From positions 372,001-436,000 of the forward strand of contig MU057487.1 in NCBI GenBank assembly GCA_013265495.1: DNA of 64,000 nucleotides. The letters are read 5' to 3'. The position numbers were made by a program, and so were the translations under genes. Below, one piece after another: positions 41,105 to 54,682 of this stretch. The notes beneath the pieces were generated by a model, which did not search any database, had not been told where the DNA came from, and was given only the letters and a program-made list of their open reading frames with translations. The stretch's first letter is position 1; each line of letters begins with the position of its first letter. Source of the DNA: Vicugna vicugna (Eukaryota).

Positions 41105-41107
<3 letters not shown>

Positions 41108-43599
41108 TGGCCCACATACACTTGCTCTCACAAAACTGGACTTCTTGACTCCAAAGCGGGTGAGAGATGCTCTGGGCTGAATGTTGGCTCTGTCTCTCAT
41201 TGAGAGTGGGGCTATTGCCATCTTCATGACAGACAAGAGCAGAGCAGTCAACGACAAGATGATGAGACTCTTTCAGAAAAAGGTGCCGAATTGTTGCTAG
41301 ACTATTTCATCCTGGTGAATTATTCTTTTCATTTGCTTCTCCTCTCCCACCCCTCCTCCTCCCCAAACCATATTAACCATGCTTATTTCTTCATGTTCCT
41401 AAACGTAGATTTCTCAGTGGGGTTAGTTAATGGATGGAGGGTAGCAGTGAAGATGGAAATATATATTAAGATTTGAAATTTAAAGGGCTAGCTGAATGCA
41501 AGTGAGGACATGTGGCTGAAATCTGGTACTTGATAATATAATCTCTTACACCGTGGGATGGCTGATAGTGATGCTTTCAACATGTGATTTCTGGAATTGC
41601 AGATGGTGGGTTCCAAAATCTGTGTTCTTTCTAGATACTAGGTACTGTGTGGGAATAGAATTTAGTACCATATTTTTCATAAGGGTTTTTTTTGACATAA
41701 GAGGTATCTTCTTTAATTTGCCATCTTCTAATGCTGCATAAAGGAACCAATAAATTTTTCCAGGAAACCTACTGAGTTTACTTAAATGAAAGCTTTCATT
41801 GATCTCTGACTCTGTTACTCTCATCCTTCAGATCTCTTTTTCTCCTCCATCTTCTCTACTGGCTAGAGCACAGTCCTTTCTCAGCTGCTAACGTACCTCA
41901 ACCACCAAACCTTTTCTCTAGGAAACTGGATAGTACTGGTGTGGACATCCTCCCTGGACCTTTCCCTTCTGTCCTTGCACTTGTGGTAATGACTGCAATG
42001 GTGAGAAGACTAATGTCACCATCGCCTGGAACTAGAGGCACAAGGCACTTCAAAGACTTTTGAGTAAAAGATAGAATAAGAATACAACTAAATGAATAAA
42101 GAAACAAAGAAATAATCTCTAGGCGAGAGGATGTATGAAGTCAAGTTAAGGTATACTTCAAAATTAAGACAACTATTGGATTTGCATAGTATTGGCACAC
42201 TGCCACAGTGTCTTTTTGGTTTCTTCAACGTGATGCAGTTGTATGAAGCCATTTGAGAAATGACATTTAAAGAAGGAGTAGTTAAAGAAGGTATGCTGTT
42301 TCCTTTATGAGTAGAAAAGGATATAAGTAGCATTGTTGAAGTGTTACATGGAATAAACTTCTTAATATATGCACCAGGACAGATGGCATATAGATATTCA
42401 ATCTTTTAACTGATTTTATAAAATGACTCTTTTATGAAGGATGCTTTTTTTTTAATTCTCCTGTTTACCATTTTCAAAAGAAAAAGTCTGTTTTGAAGGA
42501 TTCATTCCATTTAATACCCCCAAAGAGAGGCTAGCTACCTGGATTCTGGCAATCTTGAACAGATATAGCAAATATGTGAGCTTTGGGGTATACAGATTGC
42601 CTAATTATGAAATATATTTATACAAAATGCTGCAGTGAGTAACTGGAGTGTGAAAAACTCATTCTATTATCATTATTTAAAAACTTCACAAGAATGGTGG
42701 TGTAAACTTACCTCTGTGGCTCTTGCTTACCTGCTAATAACACAACTGGGTCTGTCTAAGAACTTCTGAGAGTTTCACATGTGCTTGCTTGTCAAGAGCT
42801 CGGCCACATGTGATATCTACTTCTTTTACTCCTCTCTTTCTCTGCCTCACCTCTTCCGGGTTCTACTGACATATCCTAGGGAACTATTATCACAGTGAAC
42901 ACCTCTGCTTCTGAGGACACTGCTCCCTATACTAATGGTCACTACCAATAAAGCACAGAGCCCTGGAGATGTCAAAGCTATGCCACACTCAGTGCTTCTC
43001 CGTCTTCCTGGGCTGAATTCCATGAAGGTCTATCAAAGTGGTTTTTGCTTTTACTCTCCAATCTTAGAGGATTTGAGGGAAAACAGCACTTTTTTCATTC
43101 TTTTTTCAAAGCTCTCTCCCTTTTCTGGGAGAGATATGAATCCAGGGGGAGTTGAGCTGACAATAAAGACAACTAGTAACACTATGTCATACCTAGAATC
43201 AGCCTTTCCTTCAGACGTTTGATTCTCCCACTTTCTGTGAGATGAATTCTATCCCAAATGTTCCCCTGTGCCTCATGCCAATGGATATTTGGTGAGCTTG
43301 GGTCCCTAATTTCAGCAGACATATCCTGAAGGGTTCTAGTTTAACTTCAAGTTAAACCTTTGTGATGCTGTCAAACATATCTCCTTCCTATTTAAAGGGA
43401 GTTTCATTTACCAAAAGATAAACTCCTCTGAGGTTAGGAGCCATTCTTTAATTTCTTTCACAGTACACAGTAAGATTCTGCATGCTGTGTGATTCACAGA
43501 GGGGGAATTGCATAGATGGTGATGGACCTCTATTCATAGAGGTGAAGATAAGTAAATCATGGTGTAGATTGCAGCAAGAGACATGTAGTTCAGAAAAAA

Positions 43600-43985
43600 A
43601 TTAAAACTTCCTGAATGGAGATTTGTACTCCCTTGCCTCCCTCTTTTTTCTTATGCTTCACATCCAACAGAGAATGAAATGTTGTTGGTGCTACCACCAA
43701 AACATACCCAAACTTTGACAATTTAATACCATTCTTGCTGATACCATCCTGGTCCAAGTCACCATCATCTCTCACCTGGGTTATTGAAATAATCTCCTAA
43801 TTGACCCTTTTTCCTCCCCACCATCTATTCTTAAGGCAAAGGAACTTTTAAAAATTTAACTCAGGTAATGTCATTTTTTTACCCTACATACTTGATACCG
43901 TAAAAGGCTTTCCATTTGTCTCATAACAAAGTCCTTACAATGGCCTTCAAAGTCCCACATTCTGTCATTAGGACTGAGTTCCTTA
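43600..43985 (+). mobile_element. L2 fragment
   Basis: accatcctggtccaagtcaccatcatctctcacctgggttattgaaataatctcctaattg. Confidence 0.75.
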
Positions 43986-44659
43986 TAATGGAATAATAAA
44001 CCATAGTGACAGAAACAGAAAGTTCTCAGAGATATTAAACACAGTCTATATTTAATTAATGTATGGCAATGGAAAAACCAAACAAAACAAAACATGAGCT
44101 CAGAGTGCCAGCTCTGCCATGGTCGTGTGATCATGTGATCTTATTAAGTCTTGTTTTGTCTCTGAGCCTATTTTTTTCCTGTAACAAATTAATGAATTGG
44201 CTCCAGATCATCTTCAAATATTTCCAGTCCTAGAATTTATAGTATGTTAAGGCCATATGACTAATCCATGATTGAAAGAAATGTGCTTATAGACTCATTT
44301 GTTTCTAAAGTTATTCATGAATTTGGATTAATCAATTTACATTTCTCACCAGCCACCTTTTTAAAACCGGGAGAATACATTGAATAGAAGTGCTGAGAAT
44401 TAGTGTCTTAATCTGTGATCATGGAATGTAGCCAGCAGATCCACACGAAAATCAAACCTTTTGACTTTGGACAAATTAGAATAGTATTCTCACCAAGTTA
44501 AGTTAATGAACCACACTCAAGTTAGTTATCATGCAAAATAACCATTTTATTTTCTTGGCTTTATGGAACTCCCTCTTTTGAGATGCTCCTCAGCCTTGTG
44601 CTCACCGTATCTATAATTATGTTTTAATTATGATGGTGATGCCAGTGATATTGTTGATG

Positions 44660-44890
44660 ATGATGATAATACTTGTTTAGTACTTACTGTATGCCAGGCA
44701 CTGTTCTAAGCACTTTGTACATATAAATTCATTTAATTGTCATAACAATATAAGATAGATACTAATATTTCCATTTCAATGTATAGAAATGTAAAGAATG
44801 TGTCAAAAAGTGTTGCAGTGCCAGAGGTGGGATTTGAACTGAGGCAAAGTGACTTCAGAACTCATGCTCTGAATCACTAAGTTATATTGT
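44660..44890 (-). mobile_element. MIR SINE
   Basis: agtacttactgtatgccaggcactgttctaagcacttt...gggatttgaactgaggca. Confidence 0.85.
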
Positions 44891-45038
44891 GTGTTAAGGC
44901 ATGACTGTTTTGTTTAAGAGATACCAGCTTTACCCTTAGTTTTCTTTTAGTTTGCTCTGTCTTCTAGAGATTTATTTCATTGTTTAGATCCACTTTATTT
45001 GGGACAATCAACTGAAGTATCTATGAGAAAATTATTTT

Positions 45039-45165
45039 TTTGGTGAAGGGAGGAAGTAATTAGGTTTATTTATTTATTTACTAAATCAGGCACTAGGATT
45101 GAACCCAGAACTTCATGCATGCTAGGCATGCACTTTACCACTGAGCTACACCCTCCCCCTGCTTC
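45039..45165 (-). mobile_element. Camelid tRNA-derived SINE (Vic-1-like)
   Basis: Reverse complement gggggagggtgtagctcagtggtaaagtgcatgcctagcatgcatgaagttctgggttcaatcc... with A and B boxes. Perfect 16-bp TSD atgagaaaattatttt (45023-45038 and 45166-45181). Confidence 0.92.
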
Positions 45166-47616
45166 ATGAGAAAATTATTTTGCATTTCTAATTATTCTCT
45201 ATTACTTTCAGTCCTTTTTAGCTCTCTCTTACTATTAAATGTTTTATATGATATTTCAATAAAGGGGCCATTCTTTTCAAGCTCATTATTTTTTAATCTT
45301 AACATTAGACTCTGCAATATCATTCTCCATGTGCATACCAGTCTGTATCTATGGAACTACACTTATAGAGAAGCTGATTTGAAATAAGTGTGTGATATTT
45401 GTCGGAAATCCTAAATTATAATTATTAAAATTCTAATAATTAACTGATGGATTTGTTCTAATTCCTATATTGTTCTTTTATTTGAAGAAAGTGAAAGTAG
45501 GCATGGTTTATGTATATAAACACCTTATAATAGCTACCATTTACTGAGGGTTTGATATGTACTAGGCTAATAATACCTATCTCCAGTGTTAACAATAATC
45601 CTAAAAGGGTGATTTGGAAGGTTGAGAAGTTAAACAATTTCTCCAAATTCCTAAATTAGTAAGTGGTGAAGATGAGATTCAAACTTACTACTATACTACA
45701 ACATCATATAGATACATAAATATCACAATTGTGACCTCCTCAGTGATAGGAGCTAGGTTTTATATGCTTTTTATTTTCTTATCATGCCAAGCACAATGTT
45801 TTGATGTGTTATTTATGTAATAACTATGTCAGGAAGCTTGGAGTGTCATAATGAGAGCAGGTAGCTTCATTATTAGCTGATTTCCCTTTCATGGTCCAGG
45901 ATCAGTGAGTTTTACCTAATGTGGTAAGAGTAGATGTTCTTCAATCAACCTCTATTTCTAGAATTCGTCTGTAAAATTGGAAGTCATGTTTGCTTACCTC
46001 TCAGATTGTTGTATTTGTCTAATCACAAAATACTTACTTGTCTGTTAAACCAAAGCTGAATGTCAGTAGCAGGTTCTCTGTGGTGACCTCTTTCCCTAAA
46101 GACACTCTTTTCTGACGGTAGGTGAGAGCTTTGTGGCTTTCATTCTATGCCTAGTATTGGCATTGTCCTGGCCTTCAGCCTGGCTTCCTGATCTTGGGAA
46201 GTTCTTATGGTACGTTTACATTCTACCTTTCTAGAGTTTCTGATTAGATATTCTTAGGTGTACCATGTTTAATTATGTATTTCCTAGCCCCTTTTATTGG
46301 ATTAATTTCTAATTAATTTCTACACTGTAAAAAATGAACATCCAATAAAGATGATTAGGTCAATAACCTTCCATTTTGTCCCCTCTCCCTACTATATCCT
46401 GGTCAATCAGTTTATAAGTGTATGGTCCTTGCATTTCAAATGCCTGTCCCTTTCTTACTGGTGTGTGATGTTTTACCTGTCATCTCTCCCAATTCTGTAA
46501 CTCCTCACTCACTAGACCCACTTGCCATTATCTGTCACTACAGAGAAACTCCCCTTCCCCATGTAAAACTGACCCATGAAAATACTAAGCTGAAAGCACA
46601 ACAGACAGCATTGGGCACATATTTGAACAACAAAAAAAAGACTGAAATGGAGTAATTTCTTTATCTGGAAAGTCTACAGTTTTATTTTCAAACAAAGGAA
46701 ATACTTGGTTTTTACAATGTAATTTTTAAAATATTTTTCTCCCAGAACCTAAACACATGTTTGGAAAGGTTACTTTTATACCCTTGAAACATAAGATAAT
46801 ACACCATGGTGTTACATTTCACACATGCTTTTAATGAAAAATGAGTCATTTTAGATCCCATCTTTCCATTATGGAAAAAAATGGAGAAACTATCTGAGGT
46901 TTGCAGACTTCAGGCAGAACTGCAAAGGTTATATGTTTTAAGTAAATGTGGACTTTTAGTGAAATATGACCTCCCCCACAATGGATTATAATCAGGAGGC
47001 TGCTAAGACCGATGAGCGTTTTCTGACATGAAATGGTCATGACTTATAGATTCATAACTTGGCCTTCTTTAGCTTCCCAAGGGTGGAAAGTGATTACTAA
47101 CCTGCTGACAGGCTGTCCCTTCCTTAAAACATTCCTGCTCCAGAGGCAGATTAATGAGAGCTTTGCAGAAGATAACACTGTTAGAAAAAGACCATGAGAA
47201 ATGTGTGCTAGGGAAGGAGAAGTGATTTAGTTTAGAGCACTCTGGAGAATGGACATTATTTGTAGGATATTGACAGTTATTTTGAGCATAGAACTCAGCC
47301 ACAGAAATGCCCAGGATTTCCACAAAATTGGGGGAATGATTTGCATTAAAGTTAGTAATGATTAACTCTTCTTTTATACCAACACCTATTTCTACGTTTC
47401 AGACAATGGACATCTGAAAACTGAAAGACTTTATTATCAGTCTCTACTTGCCTTTAGGGTATTAGAAAGGATTTAGGGTTTCTTCTGTATCTATAAGGCA
47501 CTGGCTTAATTTGAATGAATGAAAAAGGCAGTCATTAGGATTTAGCCCGGTTTGTGTTTGAGGCTGATGGAAGACAACAGGGAACTTATCTTAATACATT
47601 TTTTTGGTTCCTATGA

Positions 47617-47785
47617 CAGTCCATTTTCAACCTGGCTGCACATCAGACTCAGCAGGGGCACCTAAAAATGCAGATTCCTGGATTTCACCCCAGGCCATCA
47701 GTAGAATTTCTTGGCAAGAGACTTTGGATCTTTTTCTTTTTTAAAAAGGACCAAAGATGAGTTAAGTTTCAGAACCAACACTCTG
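47617..47785. mobile_element. MER5-like hAT-Charlie element
   Basis: cagtccattttcaacctggctgcacatcagactca...aaaatgcagattcctgg...tttcagaaccaac. Confidence 0.7.
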
Positions 47786-48266
47786 CAATGTCTACATCAG
47801 TGTTCTGCACTCAGGTGAAGTTCACTATGAATGAATTACTTACAGGATATCTTTGACAGGGAAAACAAAGTGAAAATTTTAGCTCCACTGCCTGTCAATC
47901 CACCATTTTAGCTCCACTTTTGGGGGATTGTTTTTTGCTTTATTATTTCTTGAAATTTATTTGCCTTTAAGATTTTCTTTTAAAAATAAAGATATATCTG
48001 AAAGTAGTAAATCATAGTAGTAGCAGTAGTACTGGTAATAAACACTATTTGCAGGTCTGCTTGTTTGCTCATTTCCTGTGTTTCTGTCTCCTCCTGATGC
48101 CCAAACTGGCCTATTGACCTGGCCCCTAAAAATTTAGCCCTGCCTCAGTTTTCAGACTAATTAAGACTCAAAGTGGGAAGTACATAAACATGTAGCAGAT
48201 TTAGCGTCAGCCATCTCTGAGTCCGGGCTTTCCCAGGGTGGACCAATGAACTACTATTGCTGAGGA

Positions 48267-48485
48267 CAATTGACCTTTGAACAACACAGGTTAGAACTGC
48301 ACATGGCCACTTTTACGTGGATATTTTTCACTAGTAAATATTACAAGTACTACAATGGTCAGTGGTCACTAGTAAATATTACAAATACTACGTGGTTGAA
48401 TCCGCAGATACAGAGGAACTGTGAATACTGAGTACTGACTATAAGTTATATATGGGTAACCTCTACATTGTTCAAGGGTCAACTG
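48267..48485 (+). mobile_element. Tigger2a-like non-autonomous TcMar element
   Basis: Terminal inverted repeats caattgacctttgaacaa and ttgttcaagggtcaactg, followed by TA. Confidence 0.85.
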
Positions 48486-48487
48486 TA

Positions 48488-51400
48488 GTATTCCGTGGCA
48501 TGGATATGCTTCAATTTGCATATTCTTTCTCCTACTGATGGACATTTGGATTGTTTCCAGTTTTGACTATGATGAATAATACAGCTCTGAACATTAATGT
48601 ATAAGTGTTTGTTTGGACACATATACTTCATTCTCTTTAGGAAATATTACAGAGTGAGATTATGGGTCACATAGTAAGTGTATATTTAACTTTATAAGTT
48701 ACTTTATAAAAAACTGCAGGACTACTTTCCAAAGTGGCTGTAAAATTTTGCAGTTCCAACAGCAGTGTATGAGAGCTCTAATTCCTCCACATCTTCACCA
48801 AAATAGTATTGCCTGTCTTTTTAGCTTTAGCTGTTCTAGTGGGTATGTAATGGCATATTGTTTTTGGTTTTAATTTGCATTTCCTAGTGACTAGTAATGT
48901 GTGATATCTTATGTATTTATTTGCCATTTTAATATCTTTTTTGGTGAAATCTCTTTTACAATCTATGTCCCTTTTATCAAGTTGTTTGCCTTATTATGAA
49001 GTTATAAAAATTCTCTAAAATTTCTGGAACCACGTCATTTATAATATGTATGTATAGCATATATTATCTCAGTATATGTCTGAAAATTTAATTTTGTTAA
49101 TAGTATCTTTGAAAAACAGAACATTTTATGAACTTATCTACAAAATGCTGAGCTATTACTCACCCCTCTATAATTACTGTTTGTAATCTTTGTCATTCTT
49201 GTGTAGGTCCATATTTTCTCTGGATTTTTTTTTCTTCTGTTGAAGAATTTCCTCTAACATTACTTGAGTCACTGTCTGCTGAGATAAATTCTCTCCACTA
49301 TTTTTTTGCCTGGAAATGTTTTTATTTTGCTTTAATTAAATTTTTTCTCTGGTATAGAAATATAGGTTGATAGTTGTTTTTATGTGAAATGCTTTAGAGG
49401 TATTACTCAAATATATTTTGACTTACATAGCTTCTGATGAGAAATCTGCTATAATTCTTATTTTTGTTCTTCGAATGTGTATTTTTTTCTATTATTGTTT
49501 TAAGCATGTCTTTTTATCACTAGTTTTCAGCAATTTGATTATGATAAGTCTTTATGTGTTTTTTCTCTTTATGTGTCTTTGACTTGGGGTTCATTAACTT
49601 TTAAATATGTGAGTTTTTAAAATCAAATTTGGAAAATGATTGGCTATTATTTCCTCAAATATTATTTCTATCCTGGCCATTCTTTTCTTTTTATCTTGTA
49701 CTCCAATTTTATATATATTTGACTGCTTAATATTTTTGCACAGGGAATATATATGTTTAGTCTGGGCTTTTTAAAGTCTTTTCTCTCCTCTTTTTGTTAT
49801 TTTATGTTTTCTATTGCTATGAATTTCAGCACACTGATTTTTTTTATAGTATGTAATCTGTTCTTAATACTATCATGTGCATTTTTTATTTCAGATATTG
49901 TGTCTTTCATCTTTAGAAGTCATATTTGGGTCTTTTAGTTACCTTTTATTTCTCTTCTTAACACAATCATGTTTTTCTCTACGTTCTGGAATACCTAGAA
50001 CATATTTGCAACAGGTGTTTTAATATCCTTGCCTGTCTTGTCAGAGCAGCCTCTATACTAAGGTCTAATGGGATATGAGCTATTGTCAGTATTGTGTACT
50101 TCCATGATTTGTTTGGTCTCTGGATTTTAGCGAGTCTTTCTCCAGCCTCAGGTAGCTTCTTCTCACACATGTGCACATCAGAACTTAGCCAAAGACTTGA
50201 AGGGATCCCTCCACGTATCTCTGTTTCAGTGTACGTCTCTCCTTTCTAAACCCTGTTCCAGTAATTCTATGTTTTTGGCCTTCTTGAACTCTGATCCCCA
50301 TGTTTTTGTTTTCTGTTCAGTTTTATCCTCCCTTCTCTGCAACCTAGAAAACTACCATAAGGCAGTAACATGGTAAATTAGGCTTATCACATTGATGTAT
50401 TGATTTTAATTTTCTAAGTTATCATAGTCTTATACTGATGTTTACAATGTCTCGTAATGGTTAATTTATTTTGTTTGATGTTCTAATTGTTGAAGGCAGG
50501 AGGGAACCATTTTACATTTCTTCTAGCAACATATGAGCTTTCTAATTTTTCCACATTCTTACGGTGTGAGTTAGGGGTCTAACTTCCTTCTTTTGCATGT
50601 AGAAATCCAGTTATCCCAGCATTATTTGTTGAAAGGACTATTCTTTTCACATGGAATTGTTCAGACACTTCTGTTAGAAATTAACTAAATATAAAGTTTT
50701 AGTTTTGGACTCTCAGTTTTATTTCATTGATCTAAACGTCTAGCCTTGTGCCACTATCACCCTGTTCTAATTGCTGTGACTTTTTAATAAGTTTTGAAAT
50801 TGGAAATTTGGAGTCGTCCAAATATTCCATAATTATTTTGGTTATTATAGATCCCTTGTATTTCCATATGAATTTTAAGATCAACCTGTAAACTTCTTTT
50901 TGAAAAAGGGCAGTTGGTATTTTGATAGGTATTGAGTTGAATCTCCAGATCAGTTTGGGGCGGTATTGTCATTTTAACAATATGAAATCTTTCAATCCGT
51001 AAACATGGAATGCCCATCCATTTAAATCTTTCTAAATTTCTTTCAATGGTGTTTTCAGTGTACACATATTGCAGTTATTTTGTTAAATTTATTCTTAATT
51101 ATTTTATTCTTTTTATGATATAATAAATGAAATTGTTTTAATTTATTTTAGATTGTCATTGTAGTGTATAGAAATATAAATGATTTTTATACATCGATTT
51201 TGATCCTGCAACCTTGGTGAACTCATTTATTAGTTCTATAGCTATTAGTGGATTCCTCAAAGATTTTCTATATTCAATGCCATGTGGTCAATAAATAGTT
51301 TTACTCCCTCCTTTCAGATTTGGTTGTCTTTATTTTATTTTATTGTCAAATTTCTCTGGCTAGAACATCCATTACAATATTGAATAGAAACACTGAGAAT

Positions 51401-53090
51401 GGTCATTCTTGTCTTGTTACTTATCTTTGGGAGAAAGGACTCAGTCTTTGCCAGTAAGTATTGTGTCAGCTTTGTTTTTTGTAGATGCCCTTTCTCAAAT
51501 TGCAGAATTTTCCTTCTATTACTAGTTTGTTATATATCATGTTGGATTTCATTAATGGTTATTCTGTCTATTGATTTAATCATGTGATTTTTGTCTCTGT
51601 TTTGGTATGTATATAAAGTTATTTGATTTTTGAGTGTTTAACTCTTCATTTCTGGAATAAATCCCACTCAGTCATACTTTATATTTATTTTTATATTTTC
51701 TTAGACATAATTTGCTAGTTTTTTAAAAATCTTTTTTTGTGCTTATATTTAGGAAAAATATTGGCATGTAGTTTTCTTTCTTTCTGATGGCTTTGCCTGA
51801 TTTTACTATCTGGGTAATATTAGCTTCATAGAATGAGTTGGGAAGTATTCCTTCTCTTGCAGTTTTTGGAAGAGTTAGTGAAGAATTGGTATTAATCCTT
51901 CTTTAAATCTTTGCTAGAATTCGCCAGAAAAGTTATGTGTGCCTGGGCTTTTCCTGTGGGTAATTTTTTAATTACCAATTCAATTCCTTTACTCATTATA
52001 GGTTTATTTAGATTGTCTATTTCTTCTAGAGTCAGTTTTGATAGTTTGTGTTTTTCTAGAAATTTGTCCTTTTTATCTAAGTTATCTAATTTGTTGGCAT
52101 GTAGTTGTTCAGAATATTCTTTATAATCCTTTTTATTTCTGTATGGTTGGTAGTAATGGAACCTCTTTCATTGCTGATTTTAGTACTTAGAATCTTCTCT
52201 ATTTTCTTCTTGGTCAGTTTAGCTGAAGAATTGCCAACCTTGTTGCTCTCTGGAAAGACCATGGTTATTCTCTTTTGTTTTTCTGTTCTCTGTTTCATTA
52301 AAATAAATTACAATTCTTATTATTTCTTTCCTTTGCTTACATTAGTTTCATTTTGATCTTTTTTTCTAGGGTCTTAAGGTGGAAGTTTAGGCCCTTGATC
52401 TGAGTTTTTTCTTTTTTAAATGTAGGCATTCATAGCTATGCATTTTCCTTCAAGCACTGCTTTAGCTACATCCCATAGGTTTTAGTATATTCTATCTTTT
52501 TATTCATCTCAAATTACTTTGTTTTCTCTTTTGCTTTTTTCTTTGATCCCCTTGGTTTTTTAATATTGTGGTTTTTAATTTCCATATATTATTAATTTCC
52601 CAAATTTATTTCTACTGTTAATTTTCAATTTCATTTCATTATAACTGAGAACACTTTTTGTATGCTTTCATTTCTTTTAAATTTATAGGGGCTTGCTTTA
52701 TTGCCTAGTAGATGGTTTATCCTGAAAAATATTCCAAGTGCACATGAGAAGAATATACATTCTGCTGCTGTTGGGTTGAGTGTTCTATAGGTGTCTGTTA
52801 AGTCTAGCTGTTTTTAATGTTATTAATTTTTTTTAATTCCTCCTGATATTCTGTCTAGTTGATTTATCCATCATGGAAAATGGGAGTATTGAAGTCTCCC
52901 CCATTATTAGTATGTTATCTTCTATTTCTACTATTATTGTTATATTGTCTTCTATTTCTCCCTTTAACTCAGTTTTTGCTTCATCTATTTTCAGTGTTTA
53001 TTATAGTTTCCTGACGAATTGACCTTTTTATCATAGAAAAAGTCCCTCTTTATATCTATTGTTTCTTTTTATTTTAAAGCTTACTTTTTT
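48488..53090 (-). mobile_element. Mosaic of antisense L1MB/MC pieces (ORF2 end, ORF1/5' region, RT-EN region)
   Basis: Degenerate ORF2 peptides on the - strand (WMGIPCLRIERFHIVKMTIPP; KISNERGSITTNHTEIKRII). Confidence 0.85.
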
Positions 53091-53093
53091 CCT

Positions 53094-53287
53094 GGCACAC
53101 GTAACTTTTCTGGTAAATTCTAGCAAAGATTTAAACAAAGATTAATAGGTTTTAGAGTTTACAAACTCTTCCAAAAACTGCAAGAGAAAGGGATACTTCC
53201 CAACTCATTCTATGAAGCTAATATTACCCAGATACTAAAATCAGGCAAAGCTATCAGAAAGAAAGAAAACTATATGCCAGTATTTTT
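53094..53287 (+). repeat. Inverted copy of 51754-51943 (L1 ORF2-derived)
   Basis: Reverse complement aligns to 51754-51943 with about 6 differences in the first ~123 nt. Confidence 0.9.
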
Positions 53288-54264
53288 ATGGATAGCAAAA
53301 TAATTAAGAATTACTGCTTTAACTATTTCAGAGAGTAAAAATAAATAACCTCTTTTCATTGGTGGATTATTCCAGGGTTTTGGCTATAAAAGGTTGACAA
53401 TTGCACAAAAGAAATGTACTTTTTTTTTCCTGAGGTACTCACCCAGAGTCCTAATTCTAATTATAGTCAATGTCAGAGGTGTTAACATATTTGGGAGAAC
53501 TTGGATTCTTGCTTTTTATCTGAAATCACTTAGAGATGAGAACAATTTCTACATATTTTTAAGATAGCATTGAAAGTTAAAAGAAAGCCTGCTCTGAACA
53601 TTTCTTTTAGTAATTTTTACACTTTTTTCCATTGTAAAAATTTTCCTCCTGCACAGATATATTCCTTGGAAATTACCATGGGCGATTTTTCAAAATGTAG
53701 CTGCAGCTGTAATTTGTGGCAATATCATACAATAACTGGGGAGTTTGACCTAAAGAGCTTTTGGGTTTGGTATTCCTCTCTAATGAGGAGACAAGCAGGT
53801 TTAGTTTTCCTTCCTTGCTCACCAAATGTAGCACATTGCATAGTTATTAAAATTTACTCTAGTCAATGCCTATGGGGACTGCAAACTTAGCTAAAAACTT
53901 AAGGAAGCTAGAATTGCAAAAATTATTTTAGTAACAAAGTACAGAGGAGTAAGCCTGCTTGCATGTTTTACCAAAATAGAAGTAGAATATTGAAAACTAT
54001 TAAATTGATTCATTGATTCGGTCATACTATTGGAAAATACTAGAAAATCATACATAGACTGATATGAAATCACTTAATGAAGCTTGAAATTTCAAAAGGA
54101 CACTCAGTTCTATTGACTGTGTTTCAAGTTATTAAATTAGAGACATTTATACCTGTATCCCCAAGGCTTTGTGTCTTGAGCTTTCTGTGGAGACGAAAAG
54201 ACGTTTGCGGAGCCTGACTTCCTGTACAGTTGTAAAATGCAAATAGTTTTCATCTATCAAAGAC

Positions 54265-54682
54265 CTTGTTATCCTGAGGCTCAGCTTGGGGAGAATCCGC
54301 TTCCAAACTCACTCACTTTCCTGTTGCCAGATCTCAGATTCTTGCTGGCTGTTTGCTGGAGATATTTTCTTACCACATGGGCCTCTCTGTGGGGCAGCTT
54401 ACATGACATCTGGCTTCTCTAGAGCAAGCCAGCAAGAGGGAAAGGGAAAGAGAATGAAAGAGTGAGAATGAAAGAAAGAGAGAGAAAAAAAAAAAAGAGA
54501 GGCAGAGAGAAAGAGATATGGGAGTAGTTATGGTCTATTTGTAACCTAATCATGGAACTGCATCCCATTACCTTGCCAAATTGTATTTATTAGAAATATA
54601 TCACTAGGTCCAATGATTCAAGGGCGGGAGGACTGCATAAAAGAATGAATACCAGAATGTAGGTCTCTCTTAGAAACTACTG
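54265..54682 (-). mobile_element. MLT1 (F/G-like) LTR fragment with internal GA-rich tract
   Basis: ggggagaatccgcttccaaactcactca...ccacatgggcctctctgtggggcagc...taacctaatcatggaa. Confidence 0.7.

Noticed and set aside
45095..45160. tRNA gene on the minus strand (likewise 12711-12780 on plus)
   Set aside because: tRNA-like head is followed by a SINE body and tail and bounded by TSDs; it is a SINE.
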